DNA of 64,000 bases from Paraspadella gotoi (taxonomy: Eukaryota; Animalia; Chaetognatha), in contig CM119269.1 of NCBI GenBank assembly GCA_051294375.1, positions 10,460,883-10,524,882 on the forward strand, written 5' to 3'. A program made the position numbers and the translations under genes. Positions 40,107-51,604 of the stretch are shown one piece after another (the stretch's first letter is position 1; every line of letters begins with the position of its first letter). Under the pieces are notes generated by a model. That model had not been told where the DNA came from and ran no database searches. It saw only the letters and a list, made by a program, of their open reading frames with translations.

Positions 40107-40960
40107 GCTGTATTTTTCTCTCTTTACTCCCTTCTCTACCATGTGTAGGTTTTATTAAAAAAATAAATAAAACAGAATACAGAAAAAAAAAAAAAAGAAA
40201 CAAACAGGCAAGACCGAGCTTAAATATTTTTCTTAAAACGGAACGAGGATCACTTAGTTGGCAAAGGACAAAAAACTTCGCGAAGACATATCAAGCCAAT
40301 ATTCCACTTAATAAACATCGTTATTGAATGCGATAACTGCATAAATTAGTAACGAATGTGCATCAGATTTAATTCTGCCCGTCAGTTTCTCAATAGCATC
40401 CTTTCCATCTTTTTAATTCGACTCTAATACTTAGCTTTGCTTCGCTGTTTCTCCGTCTTCCTCTCTCAATTATAAAAAGGCGGCCTCTATATGCCCAATG
40501 GGAATGGGGGAATGGGGAACGGGCCATTCCATCTCTACGAGTCCAGGACTAAACTCGAGCCACGCCGGCTTTTCTCTCTCAAGCAGATCAACATAACTCC
40601 AGTGAAGCCAGGCCCATTACCCGTTAAGTAGTCAGCTCCTGCTTGTAAAAACAACTCGATTTCCCTTAAGACATCCGGCTCTTCTTCCTTAGACAACTCC
40701 AGTTAAGCTCCAGCTCCCCGACTCTACTCCACCGAAGCCCGGCCATTTCTCTTCAAGAGGCCCGCTCCAGCTCCCCGACTCTACGAACTTCTCCCGTCTA
40801 CTCCTCCGCGCGACTCGAGGCTCCAGCGCGGTACTTAAGGGAGTTTTAATTCCCGAACCGGGAGGAAAAGTTTTTGCACTGAGGTATTCATCAAAAATTT
40901 ATGGGTACTTATCGCCATAATTAGGAGTGAGAGAAGAGTACGATATGAGAGATAGAGAGA

Positions 40961-41011
<51 letters not shown>

Positions 41012-42402
41012 GTAAGAAAATCTTGAGAATGGGCGATAAAAAAAGAGATTATAAATATCTGAGAAAATAAACAAGATTTTTGCGGCAAAAGCGATGGGCG
41101 ATAAATATATAATATAGGAACATTTCAAACTGAATAAAAAGCGAAAAGGATAAAAAAAAATAGGGCAGAGAGGATGTGAAAGAAACAAAAAAAGTGCCAT
41201 CTCTGAAACCTATAAAATTTTAAAGTATACCCATAACATAAGACTCCTGATTTAGTAGGTTTAGCAAAAATCATCAAAACAGGATTTGTTTAAATGCTAA
41301 TTAAAGTATTTAAAAAAATTTTTATAACAATATTTTCGTAGTTTTAGTAAAAATGCTTACAATTTGAAAGTCTATATGTCTATCATTATCTAAAGCAGAA
41401 GATAATGGAAAACGAAAAACTGACAACAAAAATGTGGTAAAAAAATTGAATATTAATGAATTAAAAACAAAGAAAGAAAGTTGATTAAAGAAAGAACAAA
41501 ATAGAATGAGGATAAAAGGAAAAGTAAAAATAAAATTAAGAAAAACAAAAGACGTAAAAAATGAAAAAATGGTTTGAGCCGAAGATGTAATTGGAGAATC
41601 GGAAAAAAAAAAGAGAAAGAGACAGCAAATGAGTCACAAAAAAAATAAGATTAAAATTTTAAAAAAAGTTGCGCGAAAAAGTATCACCGCCAGAGATGCG
41701 AGGAAGAAAAGGCCCTAAGGCTCTTAGACGCACTCTTTGTGCATAAGGAGAGAACGAAATAAAAAATGGCTACAGAGATAGAGAGAAAGAGGGGGGTAGG
41801 TAGAAAGGTGAGGATAGAAGAGAGAGAGNNNNNNNNNNNNNNNNNNNNNNNNNNNNNNNNNNNNNNNNNNNNNNNNNNNNNNNNNNNNNNNNNNNNNNNN
41901 NNNNNNNNNNNNNNNNNNNNNNNNNNNNNNNNNNNNNNNNNNNNNNNNNNNNNNNNNNNNNNNNNNNNNNNNNNNNNNNNNNNNNNNNNGGGTGTAGGGA
42001 AAGTGAGACAGAATTGCGTTGGGAGAAGCTCGCGCAGGAAACATTTTAGCGTCACCATTTTTTTCAACCATTTTTCATTTTTGGCGGAGAATAGGAAGAG
42101 AGGGAAGAACGAGCGAGGAACGTGGGAATTGAAAAATAAGAGAGGAAAAAAAAAAGAAAAAAANNNNNNNNNNNNNNNNNNNNNNNNNNNNNNNNNNNNN
42201 NNNNNNNNNNNNNNNNNNNNNNNNNNNNNNNNNNNNNNNNNNNNNNNNNNNNNNNNNNNNNNNNNNNNNNNNNNNNNNNNNNNNNNNNNNNNNNNNNNNN
42301 NNNNNNNNNNNNNNNNNNNNNNNNNNNNNNNNNNNNNNNNNNNNNNNNNNNNNNNNNNNNNNNNNNNNNNNNNNNNNNNNNNTTTTTTTTTTTTCTTTCT
42401 CG
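31663..42402 (+). repeat. Copy 2 of the tandem duplication, with two extra segments (~33084-33740 and 36313-~37820)
   Basis: Landmarks 23190/31884, 24520/34010, 25530/35040, 27060/38036, 29660/40465 and 31320/42054 match in order. Confidence 0.96.
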
Positions 42403-43251
42403 ATTATTCAAAGAACAATGACAACGTCGAAGAGGACGAAGAAGAAGACGAAGACGATGATGACGACGACGACGACGAAGACGACGACGACGAAGACGTC
42501 AGCGGTGGCACCGGATTCAAAGCCTTTGGCGCGGAAATCAAACCAAAACGACGACAGCATTTTCGACCAAACGCCGTCGGTTTTTTTGTTATTTTCTCTC
42601 TCACTTCATGTTTTTAAATGATTTCGTTGTCAGAGGAGCGAGAAGGAGAAAGTCTGAAGGCGGAGGAAAGAAGGGAAAAAGAAAAATATGGAGGCGGAGG
42701 AAAGGGAGGAGGAAATAAAAAGGGTATGAAGAGAAGAGAAAGGAAGGTGAGGAGAAAAGGCTAGTAAACAGATCAGTAATGGGATGAGGCAGGAAACGAA
42801 ACGAAAGAACGAAAGAATTCTAAAGGGGAAAAAAAAGGGAGATAATTTTTTTTTTTTTGAAAATGGAAAAAAAAGTTTTTTAAGAATTTTATTACCTTTA
42901 AGGCGCAATGCTACGAAGATGCTAAGATGCGCATTGCGCAATGTGCAATGCTACTAAGATGCCCAGATGCGACTTTCGGTACAAATCAAGTACAAAAAAC
43001 AAAATCTATGAAGAATGCGAAAGTTCTACGGCAAAAAAAAACAAGGGGCAAGATTTTAAGAATTGAAGAAAATTTTATGGCAAAACAATTGTAAATCTGA
43101 TCATAAATTAATTATTAATTTAATAAAAACCAAACGAATAAAAATTGACAATTGCAAGCGTCGCGAATAGAAAAGAAACGCGCGGTCAGAGAAAATCGTC
43201 AAAGATTAAGGAAAAAGCTAAAAATCGGAAAGACAGAATTGACTTCGGAAC

Positions 43252-43642
43252 GAGGGAAGGGATCGGGGGAAGGGATTGGGNNNNNNNNNNNNNNNNNNNN
43301 NNNNNNNNNNNNNNNNNNNNNNNNNNNNNNNNNNNNNNNNNNNNNNNNNNNNNNNNNNNNNNNNNNNNNNNNNNNNNNNNNNNNNNNNNNNNNNNNNNNN
43401 NNNNNNNNNNNNNNNNNNNNNNNNNNNNNNNNNNNNNNNNNNNNNNNNNNNNNNNNNNNNNNNNNNNNNNNNNNNNNNNNNNNNNNNNNNNNNNNNNNNN
43501 NNNNNNNNNNNNNNNNNNNNNNNNNNNNNNNNNNNNNNNNNNNNNNNNNNNNNNNNNNNNNNNNNNNNNNNNNNNNNNNNNNNNNNNNNNNNNNNNNNNN
43601 NNNNNNNNNNNNNNNGGGGAAGGGTTCGGGGCAAGGGATTGG
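43252..43642 (+). repeat. G-rich minisatellite (GGGAAGGGATCGGG-like) collapsed into a gap
   Basis: The same gggaaggg.tcgggg.aagggattgg motif lies on both sides of gap 43281-43615. Confidence 0.65.
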
Positions 43643-44032
43643 TGAATATAGTGATAACTTTTCGAAAGTCGCAGAAAATAGGGAAGAGAAAAAAGAAAAT
43701 AGGGTATGAAAAAAAAGAGGTGATAAAAAAGAGAAAACGTGAAAAAAGGAAGAAAAAAAGGATAAGCGAGCTCGGTGTTACAGTGATTGATAAAAAGAGG
43801 TGAGCGAGCGAGAGCGAGACGACTATAAAGAGCGATGGAGAGCGAGAGGAAACAGGGGAAGGAGGAGATGGATTTGAGTGAAAAAGGGTGGGTGGGTGGG
43901 TGGGGAGGTTGAGAAGGCAAAGGCGAGATTGATTCTTTTGTTTTCATCACCTTCGTTCACGCTGTGTCGAATAAAGTCGAGGATCTGAGACGAGAGAAAA
44001 AACGAAAAACTCACTCGACATCGAAAAGACGA

Positions 44033-44519
44033 ACTCACCCAACCTTCAATCTTACTCACTTGCAGAAAAAAAAGAATACTTACTAAGGCGGAACAGGTTA
44101 CAAACTAACAGAAGTCCGGTATTAATATTGTTAATGTGTTTATTAAAGATAATGAAAATCACAAACAAATTTTAGATTTATCTTATAGTTAAACGAATGG
44201 AAGCTATTTTATATTATCAAAATAGTATATTATGTCAAAAAATTATTTTGGTAAATTTAAATTTTTTTTATCGGATTCTGATAGAGCTTGAAAAGTTATA
44301 TGAAGGTTATTATTCCAACTTTTTTTAAATTTTAATGATTTGTCTATAAAAATAAATTTAATCAAAATCTAATATCATTGGTCAATTTAGTTGTAAAAAG
44401 ACAAAATACTTTTATTGCAGACTATTTCATATTGTAAAAAATGTTAAATTCTGGCCCGCCTTAATACTTACCCAACTTTTAATCTCACTAACTTGCAAAA
44501 AAGAAGAATACTTACTTAG
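44033..44519 (+). repeat. ~53-bp direct repeats (44033-44085 and 44466-44519) bracketing an insertion
   Basis: actcacccaaccttcaatcttactcacttgcagaaaaaaaagaatacttact vs acttacccaacttttaatctcactaacttgcaaaaaagaagaatacttact; differences are mostly substitutions. Confidence 0.85.
44087..44460. mobile_element. MITE-like non-autonomous DNA transposon candidate (~375 bp)
   Basis: The ends TAA|GGCGGAACAG ... CTGGCCCGCC|TTA are reverse complements at 11 of 13 positions. The interior is very AT-rich and non-coding, and the element sits at the junction of two direct repeats. Confidence 0.5.
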
Positions 44520-44946
44520 TACTTACTATTCGAAAAAAAAACAGAGATAGAAAATTAGAAATGTGTAGTGATTTTTGCCTTAACTAGAAAAAAAAACCTT
44601 TATCTAATAGAAAAAAAAGCAAATCATTTGCACAATAGACAGACCGTCTCACCCAAATCTCCATGACATCGAAATATATCGACCTGCCCGACTATTCCCC
44701 TGACAGTCTGGCCAGCCCGAAAGCCACGCCCCCTCAGCTCCCACCTCGAAACCCCCTAACCCCCTAACCCCCACAAACCTCGAAAAGAAAACGCCGACGC
44801 GGAAAAATCTGTTCTTCGTGACAGATTTTGTGCTCGTTGGTCCAAAATCTAAAGCGTCACTGCGGAGTGAGTGAAGAGACAAGAGCAGGGGGACTGGGGG
44901 AGCGGGCGTGGCTCTTTAAATCCGTTTGGCCAGAAGGGTAGTGACA

Positions 44947-44973
44947 CTTTGATCCGACCGGGGGGATCAAAAG
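44947..44973. promoter_or_regulatory. Inverted pair of TCF/LEF-like motifs in a GC-rich island
   Basis: CTTTGATC at 44947-44954 and GATCAAAAG at 44965-44973. Motif match only. Confidence 0.25.
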
Positions 44974-47641
44974 AAGTCGAGAAGGGAGAAAGGGTAAATG
45001 AGTGAACCTGGCGGATGGAAGATGGCGGGCGAATCGTCCTCGCGCAGGCGAGAGTGCGTGTGGCGCGGAAGATGTCAGGTGACCGAAATCCGGCGCTGAA
45101 GTTGAAGGCGCCGGCGACCGACGCCGCGAGCCGTCGGTGTCGCCGTCGTCTAAATTCTGGTTAGGGGGGGATCGATGTTAACCGCTCCATCGATGCCAAG
45201 GATGCCATCGTCCTTTGACCTCAATGGCGCCATCCTGGCAGAATCCTAGACGAATGGAATCGTTGAGGAATCGGGAGTCTCAATCACGTGGTGCCATCGG
45301 GGTTAGAATAGGGGGAAAGAATTGGGTTAGAATCGAATGTAAATATTTGGTTTCTTTTAACTTTGATATATATTTGAATTTGATAGAACAAAAAAGTAAT
45401 AAGTTAAATGTTTTTTAAAATTTAATTAATGAATTGAAGAAAGCGTCAGAATATATCAAAAACAATAAGAAACTCACTTTAGTTTATCCTTTGTTGTTTG
45501 TTTGTTTATTTTTTTTGGGGGCATTAATTTCAAAGTTTATTTTGAGCGAAAGAAAGAGTTGATGGGCGAAGGTTCGGCGGTTTGAGGCCTAAAATGCGGA
45601 GACCTGGGAATTGAGGCCATCGACGCCGACATTGAGTCGAAGCGTCGCCATGGAAACGATTACCGAGAAAAAGAAAAAAAAGNNNNNNNNNNNGAAAGGA
45701 AGAACGGGAGGGGGAGATAGTAAGTGAGAGAGAGAGAGATGGGTATAAAGAAAGAGGGAAAGAAAAGGAACATAAAACCAAAGTGAAAACGAAACTGAGC
45801 TGAGAAAAAAAAGGTGGAAAAAAAAAGCGAAAAAGCCTGAGTCACGGCGTGAACGTTTGAAGTTTCGTATCAGAGTTGAAGCTACACATTTCAAGCTGCA
45901 CATTTGAATCTTCACATTTGAATCTGTACCATTCTATGTAAAACGAGAATTAAATTGGATTTCCGCATATTGATCATATAAAATAGGATTGAGTAGCGTT
46001 TCCCAGGTGTTGGACTGGGTGAGTCGCCGTAACTAAACTTCCCTCACTCAAGTTTCAGCAGGAGCTCATCCTTACCCGAACAGCGAACATCCACGGTCAA
46101 TTACGTGAACTCAGTCAGGCGTGAAAGAGAAGGAAGACTTTACTGTATTTTCTCCTTTACCTTCTCTCTCTCTCTCTCTCTCTGCTCTCTCGTTCTTCAT
46201 CTCTCTCTCTCCCTCTGAGTCATATACTCAGCTCTTCCGGACGCAGCCGTCCACCGGCTAGGCAGCGGCGGCGCGGCTTCCGACCGAAACTCACTTCTCT
46301 TTCCGGGCTTCTTTCCGCTCGGATCGGGGGGAGATTTTCTCCTCTCTCGATGGTGAGCTCGGGCTTCTTCCCGGTCGAAGTGCCCCGAGCGGATCGGGGC
46401 CGGGATCTCTCTTCTCCTCTCTCTCTCTGTCTCACTTACTCTCTCTGCCTCTTGCCGTCTCACTCTCTATTTCTATCTTTGTTTTTTTTTTTGCATTTAA
46501 TGTATTATTTTGTCATTCCCTCTCTCATTTATATTTCTGCAACAAATTTTTTTGCTAGGGCATTAAAAATATTAACTTTTTTCTGAGGCAAAGTTTTCTT
46601 AAAAACTTCCATACCCTCTTCATTAGGCCTAGTTTAAAGTTGCATGATCAAAATTCGAATAGTTGATCATGAACAATAATGCGTTTTTTTAAACTATACA
46701 ATCGAAAAATTTAACCAATACTGTGAAGTTTCCTAGTACAAATTTTAGATGGCTTTAAAACTGATTATCACCAGTGTCGTTAATCAGATTAGACATGCAC
46801 ACTTGACCGGAAGTTAAATTTTACCTTAAAAACGAGTTTTTTTCCTTGCCATATACTTAAAAGTCAAGTAATTGTTTAATTTTAAAAGGCAATTACTTAT
46901 CACTATCTTGTTTTGCAACACTATTATTTTAAAAATTGAAAACTACAAAATTTTTTTTTTAAGAATATTCACCAGGTGCAAGCTCGAATTTTGAATTCTA
47001 GACTTGATTTTTTAAAATTTTTGCTACTATTTACTCTTCATACGTCCTCGCGTAACAAAAATGCAAATTTATATATAAATATTATTTTCAACATTATTTT
47101 TATCTTATCATACTTTCCTTATTTATTTTTTTGTTAATTGGTTTATTTTGTTGTCTCAAATTCTTTAATATTTTTTTTGCATTCTTTTTTCTTTCTTTCT
47201 TTCTCTCGTTTTTTTTTTTTTCTTTCTTTCTTTCGTCGTGTTTTTTCTTTCTTTCTTTAATTTTTTCTTTCTTTCTTTCTTTCAACATAGTGAAAATGAA
47301 ACGCCTACCCCCCCGCAATAATATAATATTATCAAAAAGACTTCCGATCCGCGCGAACCCATAATCGATCGCGCTCGGAGGCAGAGAGAAGAGGACTTGG
47401 CAGTGACGAGGGTAGAGAGAGAGAAAGAGTAAGTTATCCGCTGGGGCTCAGACCGGAATCGACATTTGCAGTCGCGCGGATACCGGGAGATAAGGAGAAG
47501 GAAGAGGACAGAGGAGCAGAGAATAGGCCGGAGCGAAGTAAGTCGAAGGCAGGCGAGCAGCCGCTCGGCCGCCGCGCGGCTGCTCCCGGACGCTGGGCGG
47601 CTGAGCGAGGCTTTCTGAGTATAGCCATGCTCCTCTCTCTT

Positions 47642-47700
<59 letters not shown>

Positions 47701-48540
47701 CTCTGCCGAGCGCGTGTCAAGACTAAGACGATAAATTAATCTAAAGGCCGACTTTCCAATTATGCCTTCGAGCAAGGATGAGCGTTCTCTGACGGATAAT
47801 TTGCCTTTAATTTCTCACCCGCGCAGTTGAACTGTCAGCTCGAGTTGTGCGAGGCCGTCTTTCTCTCTCTCTCTCCTCTCTCTCTCTTCTCTCTCATCCT
47901 CCTCTCTCTTCTCTCTCTTCTCTCTCTCCTCCCCTCTCTCCCGCCTCTCTCTCTCTCTCTGCCTCTTCCATATGTTACATTTTTTCCTTTTTTGAGAGCG
48001 ACTCAAAAAACGAGGACGAAGAGCTGAAAAAATCTTACGCCAGTTTCTTTGTTGTTATCGTCGTCGTTTTTTGTTGTTTGTTTTTGGTTCTTGTTCTCTC
48101 CTCGAAAAAAATTTTGATTGAAGGTGAAAGAGAGAAATTCGTGAGAGGTCGAGGGAGGCAAAAAGAGAGAGACAGAGAAGAGAGAAGAGAGAGAGAGAGA
48201 GAGAAAGCTCACCATCTTCTCGCTGATCTTGACGGGTAACTTTGGTCCAGAGGGGAATCGTTCTTGGCGTCGGATTCGGTTTCCCAATAAATGAATGAAA
48301 CGAATGAATAAATGAAGAAATCGATAAAGTAAAAAAAAACCCCACTTCTTAGTAAAATACACGCGCCACTCCCCACTTCCCACTCCCCGCCCTGCCCCTC
48401 ACCGCCACGCCAATCTGCTGCTATTATCGCCACCTTTATAAAAAAGTCTCTTTCTCTCGTTTAATGAATAAAAATGGAATTTTCCTTTTTGTTTATTCTT
48501 TCTCATGGTTCTCGTGGCCTTCAATGTTATTTTTCCTCTC

Positions 48541-48622
<82 letters not shown>

Positions 48623-49160
48623 TCTCTTTCTCTCTCTCTCTATCGCCCGTTATTTTCTTTGTTTTATTTAATTTCTTGGTTTTATTTTGTTGACTTTTTT
48701 TCCGCTGTTGGAATTTTCTTGAGCTGTAATTCCTTTCTCTTCTGTCGCGTTGCGGAGAGAGAAAACGGGATGTGACGTGCAAAAGGGGGGCGGGGGCGGA
48801 GATGGGAAAGAAAGGAGAGATATAGGGGGGTAGAGAGAAGAGAGAGAGAGGAGGGAAAGAGATAGAGGAGGAAAGAGAGTAGAGAGGAGGGAGGAAAGAG
48901 AGAGGAGGGAAAGAGATGAGAAAGGAAAGAGGAGACGGAAAGAGAGACGAAAGAAGCGATAGAAATAAAATTTTTAAAAAAGCCAAAAAAAGTTAAAACT
49001 TGGATATAGCTCAATCATGCTGCTAAATACTCGAGTGAGAAAAAATATAAACCGAAAACAATAATAACTTTAAAGCCGACATCGAAAAGAAGAAACATTG
49101 TAAATTCATTGTAACAACATTTACGTAATAAAATTGTTTCTATATACTATAAAAATAAAG

Positions 49161-50028
49161 GAACGGAATATTTTAAAAAATATTGAAAACAAACAATGAG
49201 GGTGGCGGAGAGGTTTTCGAAAAACAGACGAAGAAAAAAACAGAAAAAAATATTATTAAAAAATACGAGGTTTTTGTTTTTTTTCCCCACGGTTTTAGAC
49301 AAAAAAGAAAAGAAATAAAGATCAGAAAAGAAAGGGGAAATAAAAAACTAGAGAAAAGATAAAGAATCCGAACGGCGAATTCCCGCCCGAATCCAAATCT
49401 CTCTCTCTCTCTCTCTGCTCTCTCTCTCTCGGTTCTCTTCATCTTCGTGCCTCGCGCGCTGATAAAAGACGATGAAAAAAAAAAATTCCACGTGGTTTTC
49501 GAGACGGACGAAGGGTCGACACGGAAAGAAAACGCCGTACTTCGGTCCGCCACGCCGCCCGCCGCGTCGATTCTTCACGTGCGCGCCCGCCGCGCCAGCA
49601 AGCCGCAGCCGCAGCGGCCGGTAGCCGGGCGAAGGAAAAGTGGCTCTCGATGCTATGGGTTGTTGAACTTTTAGGATCTTATGACGGACGTAAAAAGTTG
49701 GCTTTGCATACGCGAGCGACGAAGCGGCGCCTTGGCGGGGGAAAAAGAAACAGGCTTGCGGTTTGCGATGGAGGGCGGGGGGGTGAGTGGGGTGATGGCA
49801 GTGGGGGGGTGGGGGGGGCGGGGGTGGAGAGGTGGGATAAGCGAGGGTAGGGTCAGTCGCGATCTGAAGACGGTTAGAAGAAGGGCGAATATAGGGTTAG
49901 GGGCGGTGAGGGAGAAAAGATAGTGAAAAAAGTTTGAAGGCTTTGGTGAATGATGAGGGATATAAAAAAAATTAGGCGTCGAAGAGTAAGTTTTTAAAGC
50001 TCTAAGGCGAAGAAGGATTTTCTAAAAA

Positions 50029-50060
<32 letters not shown>
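49161..50060 (+). repeat. Left copy of a ~0.9-kb inverted repeat (partner ~60910-61806)
   Basis: gaacggaatattttaaaaa..gagggtggcgga matches rc(61760-61806), gtggctctcgatgcta matches rc(~61278-61293), and gaaggattttctaaaaagg matches rc(~60939-60957). Confidence 0.93.
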
Positions 50061-50067
<7 letters not shown>

Positions 50068-51200
50068 AGAGCAGAGAGAGAGAGAGAGAGGAGAGAGAGA
50101 GAAGAAGTGAGAGAGAGAGAGAGTGGAAGAGAGAAAGTGAGAGAGAGAGAGAGAGAGAGAAGAGAGAGAGGAAAGAAGAAAAGTGAGAGGAAAGAAAATA
50201 AGAAGAAGAAGAGAGAACGGAGAGGAAGAGAGAGAGAAGAGAGGAGGCCATAATACTGAGAGCTTTGCGGACACCAATTTCGGTCACATTGTGTCTATTG
50301 TGCCGGCTGCCGGCTATTGTTCTCCTCGCGTCGCGGCTCAGGTCGCACATACCGAACCTGAAACCCCGACGGGTCATTATCTTCTTCTACTCTCTCTTTT
50401 CTTCCCTCTCACCGCGGCATCCGGGTTCATGATCAGGAGTCCGCGATACAGCGGAAGCTGAAAGTCGCGGATCGAGACTAGAGTTCGTACAAGTTTCAGG
50501 AAATTCGCTTACCGTTAAAACTAAACATTTTTAATGGTTAACAGTTAAAATCGGTTAATTTTATAATTCAACTTAATTATTTATAATACAATATTAAACA
50601 AACACATTAATATGTTAGTTAAAAGAAAAATTGGTTTTGAGCAAACTATCCTTGAATATTACCGCAACGATAATTGAGCCTTATCAGCTAATCTTCATCA
50701 AGTTTTCTTTTTGGCTTAAGCTATAAATACAAATATAAAAAAGTCAAAAGAAGAAAAAGCACAATTTTTTAATTCTAATTTTAATATTAAGTTTTCTCGT
50801 TCTCCCCCTCTCTTTCTCTTTCTCTCTTTCGCTTTTTCTTTCTTTATTTCTCTTTCTCATTATTTTTTTAGTTGGTAGTCTTTCATAAACTATGACCATA
50901 ATTATAAATAAAAAATATGAATATTAGTTTATTGATTGAATGGTTTATTGATTGAGCTATTGATCAAAATATTTATTGATTAATAAATATTTTTTTCGTA
51001 TATAGTATATATATAGTATATCATCATAGAATAAAAAGTTTTTCATTTAAGAATTTAATTTGTAAGAAAATGTATGTATTTGCATATATATTATATTTCA
51101 AAATATTATTTGATGTAAATGCATTGTGTTATGTAATCCTTTCTTTCGTTGTGATTAGAGATTAGAGACAGAGTTTGAAATAATTGGCAATAACAATTTA

Positions 51201-51307
51201 TTTTTTACAAGCCTTCTTCAGCGTAAATTTAGTTTGCGAAATTATTAGAGATTTTGTGTAGAAGATGGGGAGAGACTAAATTGACGCTGAAGAAGGCTTG
51301 TAAAAAA
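51201..51307. repeat. Short inverted repeat/hairpin: 33-bp arms, one mismatch, 41-nt spacer
   Basis: ttttttacaagccttcttcagcgtaaatttagt (51201-51233) and actaaattgacgctgaagaaggcttgtaaaaaa (51275-51307). Confidence 0.92.
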
Positions 51308-51572
51308 GTCAAAAAGAGAGAGATAATAAATCGTGTAAATATTTAATAATGAAATAACTTTTAACCAAAAGAAGAAACAAAGGCTAAATATTCATTTCTT
51401 AAGGGCGAAAAATAAATGAAGGAGAAAAACCAAAAAGAATGAAACAACGATCTAATTCTCTCTTCCTGAAATAGACGGAAGGAGGGACTTAGCCGCGCCC
51501 CCGGCAAAAAATGAGATTAGAAGAGAGAGAGAGAAAGAAGAGAGAGGAGAAAAGAGAGAGAGAGAGAAAGAT

Positions 51573-51604
<32 letters not shown>

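Noticed and set aside
10785-42402. Programmed rearrangement or palindromic amplification system suggested by nested duplications
   Set aside because: Indel-dominated differences, 25-N placeholders at junctions and a twice-used identical 424-bp segment are better explained by gap filling with uncorrected long reads.
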